Source: Octopus sinensis
Taxonomy: Eukaryota
DNA: 64,000 nt
Reading direction: 5' to 3'
Assembly: GCF_006345805.1 (NCBI RefSeq)
Contig: NC_042998.1
Location: 38,440,001 to 38,504,000, forward strand
Each line of letters opens with the position of its first letter. Position 1 is the stretch's first letter. Shown piece after piece: positions 12,070 to 24,069 of the stretch. The translations under genes were made by a program, and so were the position numbers. The notes beneath the pieces were generated by a model, which was not told the origin of the DNA, did no database searches, and saw only the letters and a list, made by a program, of their open reading frames with translations.

Positions 12070-13140
12070 GTTTTCTTTATTGCCCACAGGGAGCCAAACA
12101 TAGTGGGACTGTAAAAATGGAGGGGTCGATGGTACATATGGTTTTTACACAGGTGAAAAGTTAAAAATTTACATAATCGAATGATAAGCAAAACATTGAA
12201 GTGGGGAACGGGTTTTGCCTTGACCTCATAAGCCCCGTGCTACCACTGTACCCTTTAGTATAACCTTATGGATACATTATGTGGGTTCATTCTTTCGCAA
12301 CAAACTCGCCACAGTCTTCCATCTTTTTCCATATATATCAGGTGACAGGTATTTCCTCTTAAGGTGTTAGATGAGGTAATGGATCAGTTCAAAGCTGGAG
12401 ATGAATGTGTCTGTCACGATTCCTTTCACGCGGGTCTTCCACGCCGCTTCTTTCGCTATAGTGACCACAGTGAGAAAACAAGCTTTGCCTTTGTTGAAAG
12501 AGGTAGGAGGAACAATCTTTACAATCAACTCGGAAGACAGTTGTACTCTCCCTAGCCGTGACCGCAGATGTTCAACGTAAACCCACATCTCAGAGATTTT
12601 GGGGCATTGCACAAATACATGAAGAACAGTTTCCCTGTCCTGCTCACATCTTAGGCACGTGTGTGCGCAAGGGACACCATGCCTTGCGAGTTTATCGCGA
12701 ACTGGTAAGGCTCCTCGGTAACACTGTCAGGCCAGCGATCCTTGGAAGTTATTCAAGGGTCCTGGCCCGAATGTCCTGGAACTGGCCGGCTAGTTGACCA
12801 TCATCGAAGCCTAGAGTCTCCCCGAGGACGTCGTCACACTGAGCCTCTACCAACCCTCTATAGAAAGACGAGGTAGAACCCCTGCCGTTGGCATTGCCCC
12901 TGTGAAAGAGAAGCTTGAGTGCCTCACTACACTCTGCTTGCCAAGCACCCAACTTTGGTCTACACTCGATCCAAGGTCCTAGTTCACTTAAACTAGTAAG
13001 CTCAGGATGTAACGACCGAACAAACGGAGACCACACTTGTTCACCATCCAGGTAAAGCCACATGTGCCTCTGTGCATCAACAGCCAGAGCATCCCTAGCC
13101 CACACTTTAGCGGGTGCTGGCAACAGACAGAACGCTTTGC
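12070..13140 (-). mobile_element. L1/Tx1-clade LINE, 5'-truncated (ORF2 C-terminus plus 3' UTR)
   Basis: Joined frames give SLAWQCYRGALPVRDKLARHG..CLRCEQDRETVLHVFVQCPKISEMW, a zf-RVT CCHC knuckle. The 3' end CCCTGTGGGCAATAAGAAA resembles the fragment at about 48950-48985. Confidence 0.8.
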
Positions 13141-13744
13141 AAGAGTGGAAAAATAGACGGAAAGAGCCGGTTCCTGATGCAAAATATAAAGGTAATTAGT
13201 GTGGTCATAGAATTAAAAAAATACACACAAGCCCAAAAGATAAACATATTAATCTTTACGTCTGGTAAAGTTTTATGCTGTTCGCTTTCTATAATTCAAG
13301 CAATTAAGAAGTGTAACACGAAAAATACGCAAGATAAATCTTAAATATAAAATACAAAATAATACACATAAATGTAATATAGAAAAATTATAAACGTGTG
13401 TGTGTTATTTATGTTACATTTAAGCTACGACAGTTGCTTTGCTCCTGATACCTACTAAGGTAGAAAGAAATAATTGTCTCTCTTTCCAAGAAACAGCCTT
13501 TTCCTTAATAGCCATGTAATTTTTCAAGAATTCTTCTTTCTTGAGATTATCTTTTACTTCCACTCAGAATCGGACGCAATGGCCTCCAAGAATTCGTTAA
13601 TTGTCTCCCGAAGCGAAATTAATATCAATAAATCAGGACTGTATTTTGTGTGCCGTCTTTGTTGTTTAAATTCATTCCACTAACCACACTGATTCATTTT
13701 GTGAGGCCATTTACTGATGTTAAACACACCCACACACACGCATT

Positions 13745-14035
13745 TTCCGTTTACCAAATTTCAATGCAAGGGAATAGTAAAAGACACTTGCCAGGAAACA
13801 GATTTTTTTCTAGGTAAAACATGCCTATAGCTGCACCTTTTACTTGTTTCAGTCACTGGATTGCGACCATGCTGGGGCACTGCCTTGAAAGCTTTTTGTC
13901 GAACGAATCGACCCCCAGTACTTACTTGGAATCTGTTACTCGTTGGCTCGGGCTCTTTCGACTAAATGCTATATTACAGGGACGTAAACACACCAACACC
14001 GGTTGTCAAACCCGGTGGGGAACAAACACAAACTC
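13745..14035 (-). mobile_element. Family A SINE fragments (minus strand)
   Basis: TTTTACTTGTTTCAGTCA..CCATGCTGGGGCAC..CGACCCCAG..AAACACACCAACACCGGTTGTCAA. Confidence 0.7.
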
Positions 14036-14070
14036 ACACAAAGTTTTCGAGATACAATTAATCTTTGTTA

Positions 14071-14437
14071 CAGGCGTGACTGGTAAGAGGCTTGCTTCCC
14101 AATCACATGGTCCTGGGTTCACTCTCACTGCGTGGTATCTTGAGCAACTCTTCTACTATAGCCAGGGGCCCCATCAAAGCCTTATGAGTGGATCTGGTAG
14201 AGGGAAATTGAAAGAATCTCGTCACACACACGCACACATTTGTCTGTGTGTCTTTGTGCCTGTTTGATCACCACCGTTGCCAGTGTTTGTGTGTTCATGT
14301 CTCCGTAACAAAGCACTTCAGTTAAGCATACCGATAAAATAGTGCCAGGCTTAAAAAAATTCATACTGGAGTGATTCATTCGGCTAAAAATTCATCAAGG
14401 CGGTGCCCCAGCCTGGCCATAATCTAATGACTAAAAA
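14071..14437 (+). mobile_element. Family A SINE
   Basis: Head GGCGTGACTGGTAAGAGGCTTGCTTCCCAATCACATGG; tail AAGGCGGTGCCCCAGCCTGGCC..AATGACT. Confidence 0.75.
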
Positions 14438-14643
14438 ATAGTCCCTTATCGGGGGACTATTTATGGCACCAGTTCATGGTTTCAATATTTATTTCTCCTT
14501 ATCGTTGGGTTGTGCAACACTGATTTATGAGACACTAGTTTTTTTTCATACAGCAGCAAACAGTGGTCGCTGTATTGGTAAGCAGTTGCTGGGGTAGTAC
14601 CATTCTGTGACCAAAGATTGCTACAAAAATTGCTGGTCATAAT

Positions 14644-14798
14644 AATCCTTTCTACTATAGGTACAAGTCCTGCAATGTGACACGAAAGGATAAACGGCAA
14701 AGTCGACCTCAGCGGAATTTGAATTCAGAACATATCAGCAGACGAAATACTGCTAAGCATTTCACCCGGCGTGCTAACAATTCTGCCAGCTTGCCGCT
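14644..14798 (-). mobile_element. Family B SINE
   Basis: GGCAAAGTCGACCTCAGCGGAATTTGAATTCAGAAC..GCTAACAATTCTGCCAGCTTGCCGC. Confidence 0.8.
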
Positions 14799-14804
14799 TT
14801 AATT

Positions 14805-15179
14805 TCTCTCTATATAAAGCTGAAGTTGTCTGTGTATGGCAGGTTTAGTAGCCTTCAACTAACACTATCTCCTCCGAGACCCTGCGGCGCAAGTTGACCA
14901 AAATTGAGAGTATGATAGAAGAAGGCTTGCTCTTCCTTCCGTAGATGAAAAAAATTCAAATAGGACCATGTTAACATCAAAAAGGTGCTTTTTTTCTATG
15001 AAAATCCCTATTTTTTACGATTTTTTGACTGCTGTGTTGCTATTTGTCGGTGCATTTCAACAAGAAAAATGTTCACTTAAAGAGAATAACAAGCTACATA
15101 ATGCAAAATTATTACTTTTCAAAAATTCCAATTCTAAAGGGTCGAAACAAACCCGAGCAACGCCGGGCGATACTGCTAG
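14805..15179 (+). mobile_element. Non-autonomous Helitron
   Basis: 5' TCTCTCTATATAAAG; 3' GC hairpin CCCGAGCAACGCCGGG about 10 nt before a terminal CTAG, followed by T. Confidence 0.8.
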
Positions 15180-15649
15180 TGATGATAATAATAATGATGA
15201 TCAAGTTAATGATGCTGCATTAAGAATAACAACCACGTTTACGAAAACAGAGTGAGGAGAAAAGTAGAAGATGAAGAATTTTATCTTAAATGTTAGAAAG
15301 TTTGTGTGGTGTGATTGAAATACGTTTGGCTGATCCGTTTGATCTTTACGAAATACATCCAAGTATGAAAAATGTTTGCCACGTAAACCGCAATTAATTT
15401 ATCTCTTATGTCTTATTAGGACATAAAACTACTTTACATCTGATCATCTCTGGCCTGTTTGCTTTCTGCATTTCTTGCTTATTCACCATTCTGTTTTCTT
15501 TCATTTCTCTTTCTTTTTTCTTTCTCTCTGATATATAACTAATTATCATGTCAAAAGTAATTTACTGCTGATGACAATTAGGATCAATTATTAAGAACAT
15601 TCTTAAACTTCGAAATTTATGACGTGTGTGAGTGTATGTATGTATGTCT

Positions 15650-15708
<59 letters not shown>

Positions 15709-15879
15709 TACAGTACTTTAAAGTAAAGATTATTGTCAAAATAATTTGGCAGTCTCGGTTGGATTGCCACATTATGTTGGCAAATAATCTTTACTCTAAA
15801 GCACTGTTACTGTATGTCTCTTGTTGACAGATTTAGAAATGATAAAGTACATATATATATATATACACACACACATATA

Positions 15880-16012
15880 TAGTCTCTGTTCATTTCTTCG
15901 TATTCCTTTCTGTTGAAGAACGTAGGCTCTAAACGTAAAATACCTTCTCACCTTCTCGAGCGTTAAAACTAATACAGGTGTTTGTTGTTTATACAACTAT
16001 CTTTCTGTTTTG
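15880..16012 (+). mobile_element. Solo Penelope terminal-repeat-like fragment
   Basis: CTTTCTGTTGAAGAACGTAGGCTCTAAACGT..CGAGCG..ACTAATACA matches the reverse complement of the Penelope end at about 38240-38340. Confidence 0.65.
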
Positions 16013-16032
16013 TATATATATATATATATATA

Positions 16033-16175
16033 TCACCTTGACCGACCAGTCCGTCGGGCGTCCATTTGACACCGCTGGTCACAGCACGCTGTCCACTCCT
16101 CTGGATCGCGCCTTTCTCATCCACGTTATCCCAATCATCCTCCTGAAATCGTAACTCCACCGTCGTGGAGGCCAT
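16033..16175 (-). mobile_element. RTE-clade LINE extreme 3' fragment
   Basis: Minus frame PPRRWSYDFRRMIGITWMRKARSR matches the GRPxxRW..W..A.DR C-terminal motif. Ends at a TA microsatellite. Confidence 0.6.
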
Positions 16176-16387
16176 TCATGATATTATGTTTTACTTATTT
16201 GAATATATATTTTTCTTAAGAAATTTTGTCCATGTTGTGTGTGATGAAATTCACGAGTGAATGACTTCACAAGTAGATAAATAAAGGAAGGTAATTGGTT
16301 GTCGTTATTATTGTTATTGTTGTGGGTAAGGGAGATAACTGTTCAGCTTTCGGTAATGGGAGGGGAATATATGTGTGCAGACTTTGC

Positions 16388-16802
16388 AGTTCGGCGAACG
16401 TTATCGATAAAGTAACTTAGCGGTTCACCAAATGAGATCGTTAAAATAAACTAGCGGTTCGCCAAAGGTAATCAATAAAATAACTTAGCAGTTTGCCTAA
16501 CGACATCGATAAAATAACTTAGCGGTTCATCAAAGGAGCTCGATAAAATAACTTAGCATTTCGTTAAACATGATCGATAAAATAAATTAGCGGTTCGCCA
16601 AAGGAGGTTGATGAAATAACTTAGCGATTCGCCAAAGGACATCGATAAAATAACCTAACGGTTCTCCAAACGTGATCGATAAAATATTCTAGCGGTTCGC
16701 CAAATATGATCAATAAAATAACTTAGCGGTTCGCCAAAAGGAGGTCGATTAAATAACTTAGTGGTTCGCCAAAGGAGCCTGATAAAATAACTTAGCGGTT
16801 CT
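16388..16802 (+). repeat. Minisatellite, about 12 units of about 34 bp, derived from a SINE A segment
   Basis: Consensus AAAATAACTTAGCGGTTCGCCAAAGGAGATCGAT; compare SINE A GTAACTTAGCGGTTCGGCAAAAGAGACCGATAGAATAA. Confidence 0.9.
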
Positions 16803-16913
16803 CTTGGATTCTCCCTCGCTTTCTCTTACTCTCTGTCTTTCTCTATCTATCCTCCTCGCATTTATAAAAAATTCGATTTCCGCGCTTAAATTACAAATCC
16901 GCTTCCACTTTAC

Positions 16914-17110
16914 CATGTTGAAAATTAGATTGAAATCGGGCAAAAGGTGTCCAATGTAGACCCCGAAGTGTCCCCCAAAATTAATAAAACCCCCGTTTTC
17001 ACACCAAAACAACCTCTGTAGCGCCCCCAAAACGTCTCCCAATCAATTTCTCACCTCAAGTTACCCCCCCCCCCCTATAAATTTTAATCCCCTTCCAGCC
17101 CCATTTAAAC
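16914..17110 (-). promoter_or_regulatory. Putative first exon/TSS region of the minus-strand host gene, ending in the start codon
   Basis: Minus strand reads TTTTCAACATG|gtaaagtgg (CAACATG Kozak-like context plus GT donor) in unique, locally CpG-richer and G-rich sequence. The upstream boundary is approximate. Confidence 0.45.
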
Positions 17111-17163
17111 CCCTTTTTACTTAATCCAATTTGTATCAACGTTCGCTTTCTTCATTTTATAGA

Positions 17164-17400
17164 TTAGACGTATATACCCGGCCTTGCTCGGGTTTAAAAT
17201 AGTTTATTATTGTTTTACTTGTTCCGGTATTATAACCCGATTTCATTCTGGTCTACGCGGGCTACATTTTAAATGAGAAATTTTGCCCTACGGGCCATGC
17301 ATTTCAATTGAGCAAATTCAAAGTTGCCATGGAAACTCGCTAACACTTTTAGCATAAGTGTGCATATTTTCAGCTCAATCCGACCACATATGCACACATT
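17164..17400 (-). mobile_element. Helitron 3'-end fragment
   Basis: Minus strand CCCGAGCAAGGCCGGG hairpin then TATATACGTCTAA (CTRR end). Confidence 0.55.
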
Positions 17401-17557
17401 ATATATATATGTATAACTGGCTGAAACACTCCTGTCACAACCTGGGACCTTGAAGACTGCTTAAATGCAAGCAAGTATACTAGTCTCTTAATATTTGATA
17501 TTCAATATTTCATCTATTCAATAAAACAATCAAAACTTCATTTCATTTTACTATATA

Positions 17558-18492
17558 CTAGCAGCATAGCCCGGCGTTGCCCGGGTATGTAAGAGCCCCT
17601 AGTAGGCAACGACTAATCCCAATCTAGTCCTTTCCCTCTAGGGAACGAAGGCGCATGTGTAGGTTGCAATGTCTTCCCTTCACTCCCAAATAACTATCAA
17701 ACTGCTATCGATAATTCAACCCAACCAATTCCTACCAGGAAGAAATTACATTCGAGACTTTACCCCCAACTTCTGCTAATAGCTGCTGCAGCCGCAAGTT
17801 ATTCGAATACTTTTTTTGTTTAAACTTTCTTTATAACTACCACCCCAAACGTTTTACCTTAAATTTTTGAAGTACCCTAAGGGTCCTCGGACGCTACTTG
17901 CAAACTCTTGGTTTTTGTTTAATACACAAATCGGTTTGCTATGTGTGCCACATATGATTTAATTAACCGATTTTTTCCAATAATAAAGTATCCTATTGGA
18001 ATAAAAAAGGCCATATAGCTCCTTGGAGCAGACATGATGCTTGCTGTGAATTTAAAAAAAAATTCCTGCCAATTTGTGAAAGATATTGTCGAAAATATGT
18101 CATCTTGAATTTGAACGCGATTTCCCAAAATGGCATGATTTTATCGATTTTTTTCTGATGGTAAGGTATTGCATGGAAAACTAACGTCAGAATTAAGTTT
18201 CTTAGGGTAACATTAAGCTTCACCATGAGTTTGGTGAAAATCGATTGCAAGTTGCGAAAACTACAACAGAAAGTGTGTTGCATAGCTTAGATTCTCGACC
18301 CCATGTCGAATTTATCGATGTTTTTCAGAAGTGGGGGAACTTTTCAAAATTTTCGCTGCGTTAGTTTTGAATTATGACATTGGGCTATGTGTGTGTCAAG
18401 TTTCATCAGAATCGGTTGAAAGCCGTGGTCAGGGTGAGGGTACAACCTGACAGACACACAGACAGACAAACTGCCGTTTATATATAGAGAGA
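17558..18492 (-). mobile_element. Non-autonomous Helitron, complete, inserted at an A^T site
   Basis: Minus strand A|TCTCTCTATATATAAACGGCAG..(GTCT)n..CCCGGGCAACGCCGGGCTATGCTGCTAG|T: TC start, subterminal hairpin, CTAG end, no TSD. Confidence 0.88.
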
Positions 18493-18606
18493 TAATATTT
18501 ATACTATATATTCTATATTCTACATTAATATTATAAAGAACATAAAAAACAGACAGTTGGAATTTCTTTGAATAATATATATCCACAATCATACAAACCC
18601 GTTTTT

Positions 18607-18640
<34 letters not shown>

Positions 18641-18789
18641 CTTTATGCAAACACATGTACACACACACACAGGCGTTACCTTTAATCTGAAATATAAGAA
18701 ATGGAAAAACTGCACTTTGGGGTGTGAAACATTAATTTTTATTTTACACACATACACACCGATATATACACATGTATATGAACCCTGAG

Positions 18790-18984
18790 CGTCTCTCTCT
18801 TTTACTCGTTTACTTGTTTCGGTCATTTGACTGCGGCTATGCTGGAGCACCGCCTTTAGTCGAGCAACTCGACCCCGGGACTTATTCTTTGTAAGCCCAG
18901 TACTTATTCTATCGGTGTCTTTTGCCGAACCGCTAAGTGAGGGGGGCATAAACACACCAGCATCGGTTGTTAAGCACAGACACA

Positions 18985-19051
<67 letters not shown>

Positions 19052-19225
19052 GTACATATATACGACGGGCTTCTTTCAGTTTCCGTCTACCAAATCCAAT
19101 CACAAGGTTTTGGTCGGCCCGAGGCTATAGTGGAAGACACTTGCCCAAGGTGCCACGCAGTGGGACTGAACCCGGAACCATGTGGTTGGTAAGCAAGCTA
19201 CATACCACACAGCCACTCCTGCGCC
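18790..19225 (-). mobile_element. Family A SINE, full length, low divergence
   Basis: Near-exact reverse complement of the copy at 27801-28228, with an internal (CA)n(TA)n tract. Confidence 0.9.
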
Positions 19226-19367
19226 TGTTAATACTTTACATGTACCACGTCCTCGCGTTGCCGCTTTGTTTGTTCTTCGTTTTTTTTATTTACCAAGTAA
19301 TTACATACATATTTTTAAATGTACATATTTATGCGTGTACATACATCTTCCTGTGTGTGGGTGTATA

Positions 19368-19408
<41 letters not shown>

Positions 19409-20524
19409 GTGTACATGTGCACATGTACGTATGTATGTATATATATATACATAAACACACATATATGCATGGATGTATATGCACCCCCCCCCACACACAC
19501 ACACATATATTCTCATATATAAGGATTATTGGTTTTTCGTCGATGCACATATATTCACGCATTTGCCCAGATTGCTATGATCTTATTGTGAGGTTTGTGT
19601 TATAGGTGTTGGAAATGGTAATTTATCACTTTATCTTGAAGAGTTTCTAACTAGATATAAACGCCGACGTGGTTTTAATTCAATTAACGCGTACTGCAGA
19701 TCACTTTCATCCTTAAATAACAAGAAGAAAAGGCTTTTACAGATTAAAAAAATTATCAATCATTTGCTCCTCGAGGGAAATTAGTAATTAGCATTAAGAT
19801 ATCGTTACTGTTATAGATTATCATTACATTACTCTCATCATTATCGCTTTCACCATCAATATTAATATTATATTTTTTCCCCAAGTTGATAAACGAGCAT
19901 GTGCACACGGTCTCTCCTACACACACACACACACACACAATCGCCCAAAGATACACAAATATAGAGACGCGTGTATTACTGACCTACAGTCTAATCGACT
20001 GCATCGATTTCTCTCTTCTATCTCACTCCCAGAAAAAAGGGGCCTGGCTCAAAAGCTTAGAGTCTACATTTCTAGGGTTTCTAATTTTTGCTGTTACAAA
20101 CTATCACCGGTTACCTTAGGATTAACGTCGTTAACACATTTCACATGTATTCAAAAGTGCATCCGCATAAGAATGATATCGAAAGCTTTTGGTTTTTTAC
20201 TTTCTTGCAAGTGGTTTTGTATATTTTAAATTCTATCTTATCTATTTTGTTAACATAAATATTTATTTATTTATTGCCCTCAATTTATGAGGAATATTAT
20301 GTTAATAAAGGAATTGAACCGTACGATTCTAATCCAGAAACGTACGTCCATAATTGACCGAAGACTGTGTGATTTCATTATTTTTCTTCTTTTTTTTGCC
20401 ATATGTGAGTTACAAATATTGTTGTCTGTGGAGACTTATTTTTGTAGTAAAAGGAAATAGTAGTCTTTTGGCTGCTATTTCTAAAATTTTCGGTATGTGG
20501 TTTAAGCAACTTGTTGCAAAAAAA

Positions 20525-20581
<57 letters not shown>

Positions 20582-20849
20582 GGTTAAGTAATTGAGATTC
20601 ATATATATATATACACACACACACATATATATACATACATATGTACACACATGTATATATACACACACAAATATAAATAAACACATACATATATGTGTAC
20701 ATAACACCGCCTACAACAATAACAATGGGCACAGCACAAGCACTACCACCACCAACACACCAATAGCAACAACAATGCCAGCAACTATAGCAACAACAAC
20801 CACAACGATTATAACACTCTACACTCTGCTATAACCCTAACAACAAATC

Positions 20850-23110
20850 TTATGATATGACGAGGATCTACCCTACAGACTTACCCTTTAACAAAAGGGT
20901 ATGTATCCCACCCAAAATTGAAAGTGAAACAGAAGCAAAGATCTCCTTAGCTAGAAATAGGCTCCGACACATCTTTGACCGATACAACAAATCCACTAAA
21001 AACATAGTGAGGAAGGGACCCACCAACTCAGTTCATCTATTGCGAAAGGTCTACAAAAACTGAAACAGAGAATTAGTGTGCCTTCCTACGGACAAGTCTG
21101 GCAGACTGTCAATAGACATCCCCCAGAACTATGTCCAAACCATTGAACAACAAATCAGTGGAATGAGAGAAGTTGCCCCACAGGAACATGAAAGAGTGGA
21201 AAAACTCCTCAATGCCCACATGGGAATATGGTGCAACATACTCCAACCTATGAAAAAGACTGTACACAATTTCCAAGCATCCAGCAATACTATACGGGTT
21301 ATGCAAAGACCATAAACCCTGTCATGAGCTCCCTCCCTCAAACAAACCAATTTGCGGAGCGAATATCTCCAGCAATTATAGACTGTCCTACTTCCTCTCA
21401 CAGGTGTTACGACTTCTCATAGAGAGGTCTCCAGATGTCTGTGTTAGCACAGAAAATCTCCTCAGTAAAATCAGTACTTGCAACCACTTCAACGACCTCA
21501 CAGGTTGAGTAGTGGGTAGTATGGATGTGATTTCACTCTACCCATCTATAGATATAGATTTTGTTGTGGAGAAATGCATTCAGATAATCTGTGAGAGTGG
21601 AGATCTGTAATGTAAACACGAGGTGACTGGGCCTTCTCATTAGACTAAGCTACGACAGTGACTATTTAGATGACCATGACTTTAGTAGATTCTATCCCAC
21701 CAGGTCACAGAGGGGAAGACCACTCACCATCACCTCAGCAGTGAAGAAAAGCACCACAGAGTACCCACCCAAGACCCTGAGAACAACAATCAGATGAAAG
21801 GAATGATTGCACATGCAATAGGGGCCAGTGTAAGAACCTCCTTGAAGAACCACACAGTAAAGTTTAACAAAAAACTATACATGCAGGTTCAAGGTGCAGC
21901 CGTTGATGTCGGTGTAGCTGGAGATGTGGCTGGCCTCTTCATGATCTGGTGGGATAGAAAACTTAAGAAATCCTTAGCAGAACAGTCCACAACTCTTCTA
22001 CTCTTCAGTAGGTTTGTAGATGACATTAATATCATAGTTGAGTCCAACTCTAGTAACGGTAGTGTAGAAACTGAGAGGAACATAATGGAGAGCATCTAAC
22101 AAGTAGCTAACTCCATCCACCAAAGTATCAAGGTAACTATAGATGACCCCATTAGGCACTCAAACAATACACTCCTCGTCCTTGATACTGAACTTTGGTT
22201 AGAGACTGTGAGCAATAGAGTGCAGCTCCTCCATTCCTATTACATGAAACGCATAGCTTCGAAATATGTTCGCAAGAACTCAGCTTTGTCACACAATATG
22301 AAAATTAACATACTGATTGCAGGCTTAGGATAATGAACAACGTGTCCTCCACTATGCAAACCCTATGAAACGAAAGAAAACATCTATAGAACTTCATGCA
22401 CCGCATGCAATTCTCTGGATATGATCAGAAAGATAGGGTTCGATTATACAGGGGTGCTAGAAAGAAGTTAGATAACATTATACGTAATAAAACCAGAGGT
22501 ACCTGCCCTAGATATTGAAACAAAGACTGGAACAGGACACGAAGAACTTGTGACAAAGCAAACAGGGTGAACACGTGGTTTAAAACCGACAAATATCAAG
22601 GAGTGATGTCTGTAGAGGCCACAGCCCATGGGAAACTAACCCGTAGATTTAGAAAAGCTCTGAAGGAGACCAAACTCAACATTAAGATTGTTGAAAAGCC
22701 AGGGAACTCCGTCAGATCACAACTATATAGTAGTACCCCTTTAAGAATACCATATACACCAATGATAACTGCATTGTATGTAGGATTAGCCCTGGCATTA
22801 ACTGTAGAACTAGAAATGTAGTTTACAGCACAAGATGCATAGAAGGTGCTTGTAAGGACATGAACATGACATACGTAGGGGAGACATCTAGGAGCATTGC
22901 GGAACGACTAAATGAACATTTGAGACAATATGACAACAAAAAACAGTCCTCCATATTCTACCAACATGCCAAAGACCAACATGGAGGCAACCTGGGTCAA
23001 CTTGACATCTGCATTTTATCCAAGCATCCAAAGGACTCAACACTCAGACAAATACAGGAGTACGTCCTCATAAAAGAAACTTCCCCAATACTAAATAGGT
23101 AATATACGTG
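20850..23110 (+). mobile_element. Penelope-like retroelement (Naiad-like), near-full RT plus GIY-YIG ORF, pseudogenised
   Basis: CLPTDKSG, VVGSMDVISLYPSI, YMQVQGAA..GDVAGLFMIWWDR, SRFVDDI, linker NCIVC..NCRTRNVVY..C..C, YVGETSRSIAERLNEH..RQIQE..LN. Multiple stops and frameshifts. Confidence 0.88.
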
Positions 23111-23589
23111 TAGATACCCTCATACCTACAGTCTATACAGGTAGAGTACAATAGTTAATGGTCTGTTATGCAGATAGATGTATGTATGTGTGTGGGTGTA
23201 TGTATCTGTACATGTATGTAAGCATATGGATATGAAAGTAAACATATAGACGTATAGGCATTTAGGTTATATGAACAAACACCTACGCAAATGAAGACTG
23301 ATACACATGACCATATATATACACACACACTTCACTTCACACAAGGACACATATGAAGACACACTTCCACACATATGGAGATGCACATTTATATATACAC
23401 AGTACAATACAAATACAGTTGCAATAAACCCATACACACAGACTCTCTCTCAGACATGCAAACACATCAATATGCAGAACACATGCATATATACATATGC
23501 ACACACACACATATATGCACACACATACATACATACATGTTTATGCTCACATGCGCACAAACAAACAAAAAGAACGCAGTTTGAATAAC

Positions 23590-23730
23590 GGACAAAGTTA
23601 AAACTATTGAAAAGGTTGCAAGACGCAAAGAAAATTTTAGAAAAATAAAGGAAATGAGTGGAAATTTTACCGGTGTGTGTGTTAAATTATAAGGCACTAA
23701 AAGAGAATGACTCTCCCCAGACACAACAGT
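23590..23730 (+). repeat. Dispersed repeat related to the inverted structure at 168-350
   Basis: AAAACTATTGAAAAGGTTGCAAGA..GTGGAAATTTTACC..ATAAGGCACTAAAAGAGAATGACTCTCCCCAGACACAAC. Confidence 0.75.
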
Positions 23731-23749
23731 ACACACACACACACACACA

Positions 23750-23965
23750 ATGGTTGCTGAAATGTCCTTAGCTTTAAGGGTGTCGCAGAAGTTCTGGTTG
23801 GAGGGCCAACCTTCCGAGTTATTTTACAGGGCTTAGAAAAATTAAAGGGCCGCTGCAATAAGTGTCTGATTCGGAGAGGGGATTATGTTGAATAAAATCA
23901 TAATTAAGTGATCCTCCTGTATTTTCTTTCATCCAAAGCCAGGATCTTTTCAGCACCCCTTTGCA
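23750..23965 (-). mobile_element. Mariner-derived MITE (same family as 33097-33315)
   Basis: Reverse complement of the 33.1-kb element; decayed TIRs GCTGAAATGTCC / GGATCTTTTCAGCACCCC. Confidence 0.65.
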
Positions 23966-24025
23966 TGTATATATACATATATATAGTCATGCATATATAT
24001 GTGTGTATGAATGTTTATGAACGTG

Positions 24026-24069
<44 letters not shown>

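Noticed and set aside
16388-16802. CRISPR array
   Set aside because: Variable parts are only about 5-6 nt, the unit derives from a SINE, there are no cas genes and the context is eukaryotic.
18605-20834. Many 60-150 aa ORFs rich in YI/CV/HT repeats (also at 23.3-24.3, 37.9-38.3, 45.4-46.1 and 58.5-58.8 kb)
   Set aside because: Translations of (TA)n, (CA)n and (TG)n microsatellites and SINE sequence.
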